Positions 8,401 through 16,649 of a stretch of DNA of 25,754 nt are shown piece by piece. The notes below the pieces were generated by a model. That model did not search any database and had not been told where the DNA came from. It saw only the letters and a list, made by a program, of their open reading frames with translations. Position 1 is the first letter of the stretch, and the number at the start of each line of letters is the position of its first letter. The stretch is from contig JBIOTN010000111.1 of the NCBI GenBank assembly GCA_044866005.1, positions 1-25,754 of the forward strand. Reading direction: 5' to 3'. A program made the translations under genes and the position numbers. This DNA comes from Candidatus Rokuibacteriota bacterium. Its GTDB lineage: Bacteria; Methylomirabilota; Methylomirabilia; Rokubacteriales; DASRDR01.

Positions 8401-9248
8401 GACGAGGCCCCTATTTCGTCAGGCCGGCTCGCCCGCCTGACGGGCGCGGATGAACGTGCGGATGAAGACGCGTGTTTCGACGAGGCACAGAATACCACGA
8501 CCGCCGCCAGCGGCATCTGCCAGGCGAGGCCGGCCCAGAAGAGGGCCGGCTCCGCCACCGCCGCGGTGACCGCCAGGTTGAAGGCCAGGATCGCGTGGTA
8601 GAGCGCGAGCGAGTAGAGCGGGCGACCCGGAAGCCGCGCCGCCCAGCGCGGCGGCCGTCCGCCCACGCGGTCGCCCCACACGAGCCAGGCGACGGCGATG
8701 AGCGTGCCGACGATGGCCCAGCCGCCGAAGTTCGCGATCGGCACCCCGAAGTACGCGCCGGGCTCGGGGTAGTAGAAGATGCGCCCCAGGAACCACCGGT
8801 CCCCGCGCACGGCGAGCGGGTCGATGACGAGGTCGAGCCACGTCATGAGGACTCCCGCGAGCACCGCCAGCGCGCCCCTGCGCCCCGCCCCGCCGCGTCC
8901 CGTGGCGGGCCCGGGGGCGCCGCCCGGCGTGAGGAGGAAGCGGGCGAGGCCGAGGCTCGCGTACGAGAGGAACACGAAGGAGAGCGGGTCGAAGAACGGC
9001 ACGTTGCCGAGGTAGAGCTCCGCACCCCGCGTCGCCCCGGTATAGTGGTAGAGGCCGAACGGCACGCCGATGCGGGTGGAGGCGAACTCGGCGGTGAAGG
9101 CGAGCGAGCCGGCCAGGGCGGCGAACGCCGCGGCCCGACGCCAGCCCCACTCGGCCGTCGCGGCGACGGCGTAGACGGCGAGGAAGCCGAACACGTAGGG
9201 GCGCAGGTGTACGCTCCCCACCAGCAGACGGCCGAGCTCGGGCGCCAT
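8397..9248 (-). CDS. CruF/DUF422-like integral membrane protein ('carotenoid biosynthesis protein' family)
   Basis: Multiple TM helices with AEFASTRIGVPFGLYHY, LGNVP, DLVIDP and YFGVPIANFGGW motifs; its TGA overlaps the hpnH GTG. Confidence 0.75.
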   Translation of the reverse strand: MAPELGRLLVGSVHLRPYVFGFLAVYAVAATAEWGWRRAAAFAALAGSLAFTAEFASTRIGVPFGLYHYTGATRGAELYLGNVPFFDPLSFVFLSYASLGLARFLLTPGGAPGPATGRGGAGRRGALAVLAGVLMTWLDLVIDPLAVRGDRWFLGRIFYYPEPGAYFGVPIANFGGWAIVGTLIAVAWLVWGDRVGGRPPRWAARLPGRPLYSLALYHAILAFNLAVTAAVAEPALFWAGLAWQMPLAAVVVFCASSKHASSSARSSAPVRRASRPDEIGASS

Positions 9249-9387
9249 CCCGACGGAGGATACCGTCGCGCGGCGCCGGAGACAAGCCGCTGGCCCCTCT
9301 GTCGCCTCGTGGGCCGGACGACGATGCCGGATCCGCTCCGTCGGAACCGCCGCGGAAGGCGCCCCACTTTCTCGCCCCTCCGCGCCG

Positions 9388-9396
9388 TGTTACACT
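9388..9396 (+). promoter_or_regulatory. Extended -10 element (TG-n-TACACT) upstream of shc
   Basis: TGTTACACT lies about 30 nt upstream of ATG 9426, in the divergent intergenic region. Confidence 0.5.
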
Positions 9397-9425
9397 ACGA
9401 CCCGGTTCGGATCGAGAAGCGCTGC

Positions 9426-11312
9426 ATGCTCCAAACGACCGTCGACGCCGCGATCCAACGCTCGCAGGACCATCTCCTCTCCCTCCAGGCTCCGGCCGGC
9501 TTCTGGCTCGGGGAGCTGGAAGCGGACACGACCATCACCGCGGAGTACCTCCTGCTCCGGCACCTACTGGGAACCCCCGACCCGACCCTCCAGGCCAAGG
9601 CGGTGCGCTACCTGCGCGAACGGCAGGGCGGGGACGGCGCGTGGAGCCTCTTCGAGGGCGGCGGCGGGGATCTGTCGGCCAGCATCAAGGCGTACTTCGC
9701 GATGAAGATGGCCGGCGTCCCGTCGGCCGACGGCGCGATGGCGCGCGCTCGCGAGTGGATCCGCGCGCACGGCGGCCCGGTGCAGGCGAACGTCTTCACC
9801 AAGATCACGCTGGCGCTCTTCGGTCAGTATCCGTGGGGCGGCATCCCGGCGATGCCGGTCGAGATCATGCTCCTGCCCCGCTGGTCCTACTTCAACATCT
9901 ACGCCATCTCGTACTGGTCACGGACGGTCATCGTCCCCCTCCTCGTCGTCATGGACCGCCGTCCGGTGCACGCCCTGCCCCACGAGGCCGGGCTCGCCGA
10001 GCTGTGGGCCCATCACCTCCACCTGGAGGACCCCGCCTACGCGCGCCAGGGCTGGCTGTCCTGGAAGAACGTCTTCATCGGGATCGACGGGTTCGTCAAG
10101 GCCTGGGAAGGCTACGGCCCCCGCCCCCTGCGCGCCCGCGCCATCCGGGCGGCCCACGACTGGCTCGTGCCGCGCCTCGGCGTGGCCGGGGGGCTCGGCG
10201 GCATCTACCCCGCGATGACGAACGCCGTGCTCGCCCTTCGGCTCCTCGGGTATTCGGACGACCACCCGCTCGTGGCCGGGCAGCTCAAGGAGCTCGAAGC
10301 GCTCGGCCTCGAGGAGTCCGACCGCTTCCACGTCCAGCCCTGCGTCTCGCCCGTGTGGGACACCGCGCTTGCCGTGAACGCCCTCCGCGCCTCGGGGCTG
10401 CCGCCCGGGCATCCGGCGCTCCTGCGCGCCGCCGACTGGCTGCTCGACCGGCAGATCCCGGAGCCGGGCGACTGGGCCATGCGGCGGCCCGGGCTCGCCC
10501 CCGGCGGGTGGCCGTTCCAGTTCGCCAACGACTTCTACCCCGACCTGGACGACACCGCGATGGTCGTGATGGGGCTGGCGCAGCTCGAGCATCCCGACCC
10601 GACGCGGGTGCGGGGCGCCGTCGGGCGCGCGGTACGCTGGCTCGTCGGCATGCAGAGCCGCAACGGCGGCTGGGGGTCGTTCGACACCGACCAGACGCGG
10701 CTCCGCCTCAACAACATCCCCTTCGCGGATCACGGCGCGCTGCTCGACCCGCCGACCGAAGATCTCACCGCGCGCTGCCTGGAGGCTTTCGGGCGCCTCG
10801 GCTACCCGCGCGACCATCCCGCGATCGGAGCCGGACTCGCGTATCTCCGGCGCACGCAGACGCCCGAGGGCGCCTGGTACGGGCGGTGGGGCGTCAACTA
10901 CGTGTACGGCACCTGGTCGGTGCTCCGCGCGCTGGAAGCCGTCGGGGTCGGGCCGGAGGACCGGATGGTCAGCCGCGCGGCGGCGTGGCTCGAGCGGCGC
11001 CAGAACCCGGACGGCGGCTGGGGGGAGAGCTGCGACTCGTACGCGGATCGGGGACAGGCCGGCACGGGGCCCTCGACGCCGAGCCAGACCGCCTGGGCCC
11101 TTCTCGGCCTCTTCGCCGCCGGGCGCGCGGACGGTCCGGTCGTCGAGCGCGGGCTCCACTATCTCCTCCACGCCCAGCGTCCGGACGGCGGGTGGGACGA
11201 CCCGTCCTGGAACGGCACGGGCTTCCCCCGCGTCTTCTACCTGAAATACCACCTCTACGCGCACTACTTCCCCCTGTGGGCGTTGGGGGTGTGGCGCCAG
11301 CGCAACCCCTGA
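9426..11312 (+). CDS. shc: Squalene-hopene cyclase
   Basis: Start at MLQTTVDAAIQRSQDHLL. Catalytic YPDLDDTA (DXDD), QPCVSPVWDT, several QW motifs (QSRNGGW, QNPDGGW, QRPDGGW), WYGRWGVNYVYGT, GTGFPRVFYLKYHLY. Confidence 0.97.
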   Translation: MLQTTVDAAIQRSQDHLLSLQAPAGFWLGELEADTTITAEYLLLRHLLGTPDPTLQAKAVRYLRERQGGDGAWSLFEGGGGDLSASIKAYFAMKMAGVPSADGAMARAREWIRAHGGPVQANVFTKITLALFGQYPWGGIPAMPVEIMLLPRWSYFNIYAISYWSRTVIVPLLVVMDRRPVHALPHEAGLAELWAHHLHLEDPAYARQGWLSWKNVFIGIDGFVKAWEGYGPRPLRARAIRAAHDWLVPRLGVAGGLGGIYPAMTNAVLALRLLGYSDDHPLVAGQLKELEALGLEESDRFHVQPCVSPVWDTALAVNALRASGLPPGHPALLRAADWLLDRQIPEPGDWAMRRPGLAPGGWPFQFANDFYPDLDDTAMVVMGLAQLEHPDPTRVRGAVGRAVRWLVGMQSRNGGWGSFDTDQTRLRLNNIPFADHGALLDPPTEDLTARCLEAFGRLGYPRDHPAIGAGLAYLRRTQTPEGAWYGRWGVNYVYGTWSVLRALEAVGVGPEDRMVSRAAAWLERRQNPDGGWGESCDSYADRGQAGTGPSTPSQTAWALLGLFAAGRADGPVVERGLHYLLHAQRPDGGWDDPSWNGTGFPRVFYLKYHLYAHYFPLWALGVWRQRNP

Positions 11313-11340
11313 CGCCGTGCCCAGCCCGCGCGGCACCGGC

Positions 11341-12135
11341 ATGAACGGGTCCATCCGCCCCACCCTGCTCGACCCCGTCGAGCAGCTGGGCCGCGTCACC
11401 CTCGACGCCCTGACCGTCATGGGCCGCTTCGGCGTCTTCTTCGCGCAGATCCTCTTCTGGCTGGTCGTGCCGCCGTTCAAGTTCCAGCAGCTCCTGCACC
11501 GGATCTCCTTCATCGGCGTCCGGTCCATGTCGATCATCCTGCTGACCGGGACCTTCACCGGCATGGTGCTCGGCCTTCAGGGCGTCCTGATGCTCCGGCG
11601 CGTGGGCTCGGAGGCGTTCGTCGGTCCGGCCGTCGCCGTCTCGCTCGTGCGGGAGCTCGGGCCGGTCCTCTCCGCCCTCATGGTGACGGGACGGGCGGGC
11701 TCCGCGCTGGCCGCGGAGATCGGCGTCATGCGGATCACCGAGCAGATCGACGCGCTCACGGTGATGGCGCTCAACCCGATGCGGTACCTCGTCGTCCCCA
11801 CGGTCGTCGCGGGGGTCATTGCCCTGCCCATCCTCACGTGGGTGTTCGACGTGATCGGCATCCTGGGCGGCTACGTCGTGGTCGTCCGGCTCTTCGGGCT
11901 CTCCGGCGGGACCTATTTCGGGCAGATCCAGGCCTTCCTGTCGACCATGGACATCTGGGTCGGGTTCTGGAAGTCGCTCGCCTTCGGAATCCTGGTCACC
12001 TGGGTCGCGTGCTACAAGGGCTTCTACGTCGGCCACGGCGCCGAGGGTGTCGGCCGCGCCACCACCGAGGCGGTGGTGCTGGCCTCGGTGCTGATTTTCG
12101 TCGTGGACTATTTCATGGGCTCGGTGTTGCCGTGA
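11341..12135 (+). CDS. mlaE: MlaE-family lipid ABC transporter permease
   Basis: SLVRELGPVLSALMVTGRAGSALAAEIGVMRITEQIDAL and GAEGVGRATTEAVV signatures. Alternative start GTG 11317. Confidence 0.93.
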   Translation: MNGSIRPTLLDPVEQLGRVTLDALTVMGRFGVFFAQILFWLVVPPFKFQQLLHRISFIGVRSMSIILLTGTFTGMVLGLQGVLMLRRVGSEAFVGPAVAVSLVRELGPVLSALMVTGRAGSALAAEIGVMRITEQIDALTVMALNPMRYLVVPTVVAGVIALPILTWVFDVIGILGGYVVVVRLFGLSGGTYFGQIQAFLSTMDIWVGFWKSLAFGILVTWVACYKGFYVGHGAEGVGRATTEAVVLASVLIFVVDYFMGSVLP

Positions 12136-12180
12136 CGACGGCCCGTCGCGCCTGGTCCCGGCCGGTTCCGCGGTAAGCCC

Positions 12181-12981
12181 ATGGCGATCGCCGAGCGGCC
12201 GAGCGTGGACGCGCGCGGGGCGGAGCGGCCCCCGGCGCCGGGGATCCAGATCGAGGGCCTTCAGAAGCGCTTCGGGGGCCAGCCCGTGCTCCGGGGGATC
12301 GACCTCGAGATCGGTCCCGGCGAGCTCATGGTCATCATCGGCCGGTCCGGCGGCGGAAAGTCGGTCCTCCTCCGCCACATGCTGGGCCTGGTGCGCCCGG
12401 ACGCGGGGCGAATCGTCATCGAAGGGCAGGACGTGACCGGCTTGCGCGGGCGCGCGCTGGACCAGGTGCGCGAGCAATTCGGGGTGGTCTTCCAGGGCGG
12501 CGCGCTCTTCGATTCGCTGACCGTCTTCCAGAACGTCCTGTTCCCGATCAAGGAGAAGACGCGCCTCCCCAAGGAGGCGATCGTGCCCCGGGCCATCCAG
12601 GCGCTCGAGCAGGTGGGCCTGGGCGACATGGGGCACAAGGTTCCCGCCGAGATCTCGGGCGGGATGCGCAAGCGCGTCGCGATCGCGCGCGCGCTCGTGA
12701 CCGAGCCCCGCGTGGTCTTCCTCGATGAGCCCACGACCGGGCTCGATCCGATCCTCGTGAACTCGATCCACCACCTCATCGTCGAGCTTCACCGCACGTT
12801 GAACTTCACGGCCGTCATGGTGAGCCACGAGATCCCGGAGATCTTCACGATCGCGAACCGGGTGGCCGTGCTGCACGAGGGCCGGATCCGCGAGGTCGGG
12901 ACCCCGGAGAAGATCCAGAACTCGACGGACCCGGCCGTCCGGAAGTTCATCCACGGCGAGGTCGAGACCCACGCAGCGTAG
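12181..12981 (+). CDS. mlaF: MlaF-family ABC transporter ATPase
   Basis: Walker A GRSGGGKS, Q-loop FQGGALFDSL, signature ISGGMRKRV, Walker B FLDEPTTGLDP, H-loop VSHE. Confidence 0.93.
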   Translation: MAIAERPSVDARGAERPPAPGIQIEGLQKRFGGQPVLRGIDLEIGPGELMVIIGRSGGGKSVLLRHMLGLVRPDAGRIVIEGQDVTGLRGRALDQVREQFGVVFQGGALFDSLTVFQNVLFPIKEKTRLPKEAIVPRAIQALEQVGLGDMGHKVPAEISGGMRKRVAIARALVTEPRVVFLDEPTTGLDPILVNSIHHLIVELHRTLNFTAVMVSHEIPEIFTIANRVAVLHEGRIREVGTPEKIQNSTDPAVRKFIHGEVETHAA

Positions 12982-13008
12982 CGGCGAGCGCGGTCGCGGA
13001 GGAGGGTG

Positions 13009-13446
13009 ATGCGCCGGGAAGTGGAGATCGGTGTCGGGCTGTTCATGCTCATCGGGCTCTTTGCGCTGGCCTACCTCGCCGTCCGCCTGGGCCAGGTGGA
13101 CCTGCTGGGCGCGCGGGGCTACACGATCTACGCCGATTTCCCGACGGTGGGGGGCCTCAAGTCGGGCTCCATGGTGGAGATCGCGGGCGTGCCCGTGGGA
13201 CGGGTCGAGTCGATCCAGCTCCGCGACTACCAGGCCCGCGTGGCCCTCCACATCAACAACAGCGTCGCCATCCAGTCGGACGCGATCGTGTCCATCAAGA
13301 CCAAGGGGCTCATCGGCGAGAAGTTCGTCCAGATCAGCCCCGGCGGCTCGGAGAAGGTCGTGCCGCCGGGGGGGCGCCTGACGGAGGTCGAGGCTCCCGT
13401 GGACATCGAGGAGCTGATCTCGAAATACGTCTTCGGCAAGATCTAG
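13009..13446 (+). CDS. mlaD: MlaD/MCE-domain lipid transport protein
   Basis: N-terminal TM (VGLFMLIG), GGLKSGSMVEIAGVPVGRV, IKTKGLIGEKFVQISPGG; GGAGG SD. Confidence 0.92.
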   Translation: MRREVEIGVGLFMLIGLFALAYLAVRLGQVDLLGARGYTIYADFPTVGGLKSGSMVEIAGVPVGRVESIQLRDYQARVALHINNSVAIQSDAIVSIKTKGLIGEKFVQISPGGSEKVVPPGGRLTEVEAPVDIEELISKYVFGKI

Positions 13447-13456
13447 CGATGGGTAC

Positions 13457-14206
13457 ATGACCGGGCTGGTCCTCGCCGCCGGCATCGGCAAGCGGCTTGC
13501 CCCGCTCACGGACGAGCGGCCGAAGGGGCTCGTCGAGCTCGGCGGGCGGAGCCTCCTGGCGCGGCTCCTCGACGGGTTGGCGGCCGCGGGCGTCCGTGCG
13601 ACCGCGGTGGTGGTCGGCTACCGGCACGAGATGATCCGCGCGCACCTCGGCGCGGCGCACCGCGGGATGCCGCTTCGCTACCTCTACAATCCCGCCTACG
13701 AGCGCGGGCCGGTCCTCTCGCTCTGGACCGGGCGCGCGGAGCTCGAGCAGGACGACGTCGTGCTGGCCGACGGCGACGTGCTCTTCGCCCCGCCCCTGCT
13801 CGAGGGACTCGTCCGCGCGGCCGAGCCGAACGCCTTCCTCGCCGACCCCGACTTCGTGGACACCGGCGAGGAGCAGATCGTCTACACCCGGAGCGGACAG
13901 GTGGTCGCGATCCGGCGCGGGGTCATGGGGCCGCCGGAGACGGCTTACGACGCGCGGGCCGAATGGGTCGGCTTCGTCAAGCTCGGACGGGCTGCCGGTC
14001 GGGAGCTGGCCGCGACGCTGGAGAGCTTCGTCAGCCTGGGCCGGACGGACGGGGACTACGAGGTCGCCCTCGACGCGCTTCTGCCCCGTCAGCGGTTCGT
14101 CGCGCGATCGACCGAGGGGTTGCCCTGGATCGAGATCGACTTCCCGCAGGACCTCCAGGCGGCCGAGACGGAGGTGCTGCCCCGACTCGGGCGCACCATC
14201 CCGTAG
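13457..14206 (+). CDS. NTP-transferase, phosphocholine cytidylyltransferase (LicC-like) family
   Basis: LAAGIGKRL...PKGLV, VVGYRHE, YNPAY, DGDVLF, EWVGF, WIEIDFPQDL. Confidence 0.8.
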   Translation: MTGLVLAAGIGKRLAPLTDERPKGLVELGGRSLLARLLDGLAAAGVRATAVVVGYRHEMIRAHLGAAHRGMPLRYLYNPAYERGPVLSLWTGRAELEQDDVVLADGDVLFAPPLLEGLVRAAEPNAFLADPDFVDTGEEQIVYTRSGQVVAIRRGVMGPPETAYDARAEWVGFVKLGRAAGRELAATLESFVSLGRTDGDYEVALDALLPRQRFVARSTEGLPWIEIDFPQDLQAAETEVLPRLGRTIP

Positions 14207-14336
14207 GATGCAGAAAGTGCGAACCCCAGGCCCGAGGGGGTCCGGTCCGCATCGCGGCCGTGTCGCGTAAGTGCGCGTGGCGGCGGCATCCGCGCCGCCC
14301 GGCGGGGAGGCACGGCCTTTGCTCGGAGAGGCGACC

Positions 14337-14978
14337 GTGAGGGCGCGCAGCGCAGTGGCGATGGTCCTCGGCGGGGCCGCGGCGGCCGTGGGGCTCGTGC
14401 TCGCGGCCGCGCCGGCCACGGCCCAGATCGTGCGGATCGAGGACGACACGGGCGTCGTCCACTACACGAACGAGCCCTGCCAGCCGAAGTACCTCAGGCT
14501 CGACCCGCGCGCCTGCCCGACGCCCGAGCCGCCTGCCGCCGCGCCCGCGACGGCCCTGACCTGGGCGGAGGAGATCGCGACCACCGCCTCGCGCCACGGC
14601 GTGGATCGACGGCTCGTCGAGGCGGTCGTCCAGGTCGAGTCGGCCGGCAATCCGCGCGCCGTCTCGGCGAAGGGTGCGCGCGGCCTCATGCAGCTCATGC
14701 CGGAGCGCGCGGCGGCCCTCGGGGTCACCGACGTCTTCGATCCGACCGCGAACCTCGACGGCGGCGTCCGTCACCTCCGCGAGCTCCTCGCCCGCTACCG
14801 CGGCGACGTGCGGCTCGCCCTCGCGGCCTACAACGCCGGCGAGGACGCGGTCCGGGCGCACGGCGGGGTCCCTCCCTTCCCCGAGACGCAGGACTACGTG
14901 CGGAAGGTCCTCTCGCTCTACGGCCCCGCCGTGCCGGCGAGCACGCCGCCTCCGCCCCGCGCCAGCCGGCGCCTCTGA
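14337..14978 (+). CDS. Lytic transglycosylase (SLT domain) with N-terminal DUF4124-like segment
   Basis: Signal peptide, DDTGVVHYTN, catalytic VES, AVSAKGARGLMQLMP, ALAAYNAGE, PPFPETQDYV; GGAGAGG upstream of GTG 14337. Confidence 0.88.
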   Translation: MRARSAVAMVLGGAAAAVGLVLAAAPATAQIVRIEDDTGVVHYTNEPCQPKYLRLDPRACPTPEPPAAAPATALTWAEEIATTASRHGVDRRLVEAVVQVESAGNPRAVSAKGARGLMQLMPERAAALGVTDVFDPTANLDGGVRHLRELLARYRGDVRLALAAYNAGEDAVRAHGGVPPFPETQDYVRKVLSLYGPAVPASTPPPPRASRRL

Positions 14979-15022
14979 GCGCGACCGGGGAGGCTCCCGC
15001 CCCCTCCGGTGGCGCGCGCCCT

Positions 15023-16204
15023 TCAGGCCAGCGCCTCCTCGATCACGCGCCCTTGCATGGTCGGGCCCGGGTCCACGCCGCTCAGGCGACAGAGCGTGGG
15101 GATCAGGTCCACCGTCCGGCCGTCCCGGATCGCCACCCCCGACCGCACCCCCGCCCCCGCGATCAGCATCGGGACGCGTAGCTCGTGCTTGGAGCCGTGG
15201 GAGCGGAGCCCCGTCTCCGCCCGCCCGGCCGCGCCGTCGGGCCAGGTCCCGAGCGCGACGTCCCGCGCCGCCCAGCAGATGAGGTCGCCGACCCGCTCGT
15301 AGGGGAGCCGGTCGCGGGCCGCCTCCTCGCGCGGGACGACCTCGTCGATGCCCGCCGTGCCGGCGAGCACCGCGCGGGCTTCGCGCGCGGCGCCGGGATC
15401 GTCGAAGTACAGGTACAGCGCCCCGCCGAGGTCCCGGTGATGGGCATAGAGCCCGTCGCGGATCAACGGGACGCCGCGCGTGCGGATCCCCGCCTCCGCG
15501 AGGACCCGGACGGGAGAGAGCGAGCGCGGCTTCGCGTTCATCCCGTGGTCGGCCGTCAGGATGACGACCGTCTCCGCCAGGTCGTAGGCGTCGAGCAGCC
15601 CGCCGAGAGCCTCATCGCTCGCCGCGAGGTAGCGGTGCATCTCCGGGTCGTCCGGCCCGAGCTTGTGCTGCGGGTAGTCCGTGGTCGCGACGTAGAGGAA
15701 GTCCGGGGCGAGGTCCGCCGCGACCTCGCGCGCCATCCGCAACACCCACAGGTTGATGTCGAGCGAGAAAATGTCCGGCGGCGGGCCCACCGCCCGGCGA
15801 TAGCGCTCCGGGTGGCCCTTCATGTCCACGCAGTGGTCCAGCCCGCGGCGGAGCAGCCGCGTGAGCTTCTCCTTCGCCGTCACCAGGGCCGTGGACCAGC
15901 CGGCTGCCCGGAGCCGCTCGAACACGAGCGGCTCGCGCACGAAGTCGACCTGCTCCATGAAGACCTCGGCGCCGGTCTCCCGATCGTAGTAGAAGTTGGT
16001 GGAGAGACCGTGACGCTCGGGGTAGGTGCCGGTCAGGAGCGAGATGTGGTTCGCGTTCGTGAGGCTCGGCAGGACCCCCCGCGCGTCGAGCGTCGCGGCG
16101 CCGGCCTTCATGAGCGCACCCAGCCGAGGCATCCGCGCCGGCTGGACGTACGCCGGGTCGAAGCCGTCCACGAGCAGGACGAGCGCCTTCCGGAGCCGGA
16201 TCAT
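15023..16204 (-). CDS. phnA: Phosphonoacetate hydrolase-like enzyme (alkaline phosphatase/NPP superfamily)
   Basis: ATG 16204 overlaps the upstream stop. LVDG, PSLTNAN (Thr nucleophile position), VTAKEKL, YVATTDYPQHK, TADHGMNAK and LRSHG match recalled PhnA motifs. Confidence 0.72.
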   Translation of the reverse strand: MIRLRKALVLLVDGFDPAYVQPARMPRLGALMKAGAATLDARGVLPSLTNANHISLLTGTYPERHGLSTNFYYDRETGAEVFMEQVDFVREPLVFERLRAAGWSTALVTAKEKLTRLLRRGLDHCVDMKGHPERYRRAVGPPPDIFSLDINLWVLRMAREVAADLAPDFLYVATTDYPQHKLGPDDPEMHRYLAASDEALGGLLDAYDLAETVVILTADHGMNAKPRSLSPVRVLAEAGIRTRGVPLIRDGLYAHHRDLGGALYLYFDDPGAAREARAVLAGTAGIDEVVPREEAARDRLPYERVGDLICWAARDVALGTWPDGAAGRAETGLRSHGSKHELRVPMLIAGAGVRSGVAIRDGRTVDLIPTLCRLSGVDPGPTMQGRVIEEALA

Positions 16205-16515
16205 CGGCTGGCCGGGAGCGCCGCGACCGCGCGGTCCGCGTGCCCGAGAGCCCGGTCCACGACCTCGAGCCCCAGGACCAGGTCCTCGCGCGAGATCACG
16301 AGCGGCGGGGCGAGCATGATCATGTTCCAGCGCGCGTACATGTAGCAGTCGAGGTACCGCTTCCCGGTCTCGTCCCAGAACCACGCGCCCGCCGCGCCCG
16401 CGACGATGACGGGCCTGGCCTGGTCCTGGGCCATCCAGCCGTGGAGCAGGGCGGCGCGATGGTCGTGCCGGATACGCTCGGCCTCTCCCGGGGAGAGGGC
16501 AGCCGCGTCGGACAT
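16201..16515 (-). pseudogene. Class-III aminotransferase with a large in-frame internal deletion (only N- and C-termini remain)
   Basis: 104 aa. The N-terminal GAAGAWFWDETGKRYLD is joined directly to the C-terminal RWNMIMLAPPLVISREDLVLGLEVVDRAL; the PLP-binding core is missing. Confidence 0.8.
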
Positions 16516-16598
16516 TCTGTCTCCCATCGAGGCGGCGCGTTTCGCCGGCGCCACGGACACGGTAGAATAGCGCGGCCGGGCGGTCCAATTCATTCGCT

Positions 16599-16627
16599 TT
16601 ATGGCGGGCATAACCCCGGCTTTATGC
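16599..16627. promoter_or_regulatory. Probable LysR operator (overlapping dyads)
   Basis: TTATG-N5-CATAA (16599-16613, contains T-N11-A) overlaps GCATAA-N8-TTATGC (16608-16627), between the divergent lysR and aminotransferase genes. Confidence 0.55.
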
Positions 16628-16649
16628 GCGCCGCGCGCGAGGGCGGCCC

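Noticed and set aside
8472..9425. Apparent 318-aa N-terminal extension of shc
   Set aside because: Antisense to the CruF-like gene; cyclase homology starts at ATG 9426, after a -10 element.
9918..13509. Long minus-strand ORFs (548 and 846 aa)
   Set aside because: Antisense shadows of shc and mlaEFD with no motifs of their own.
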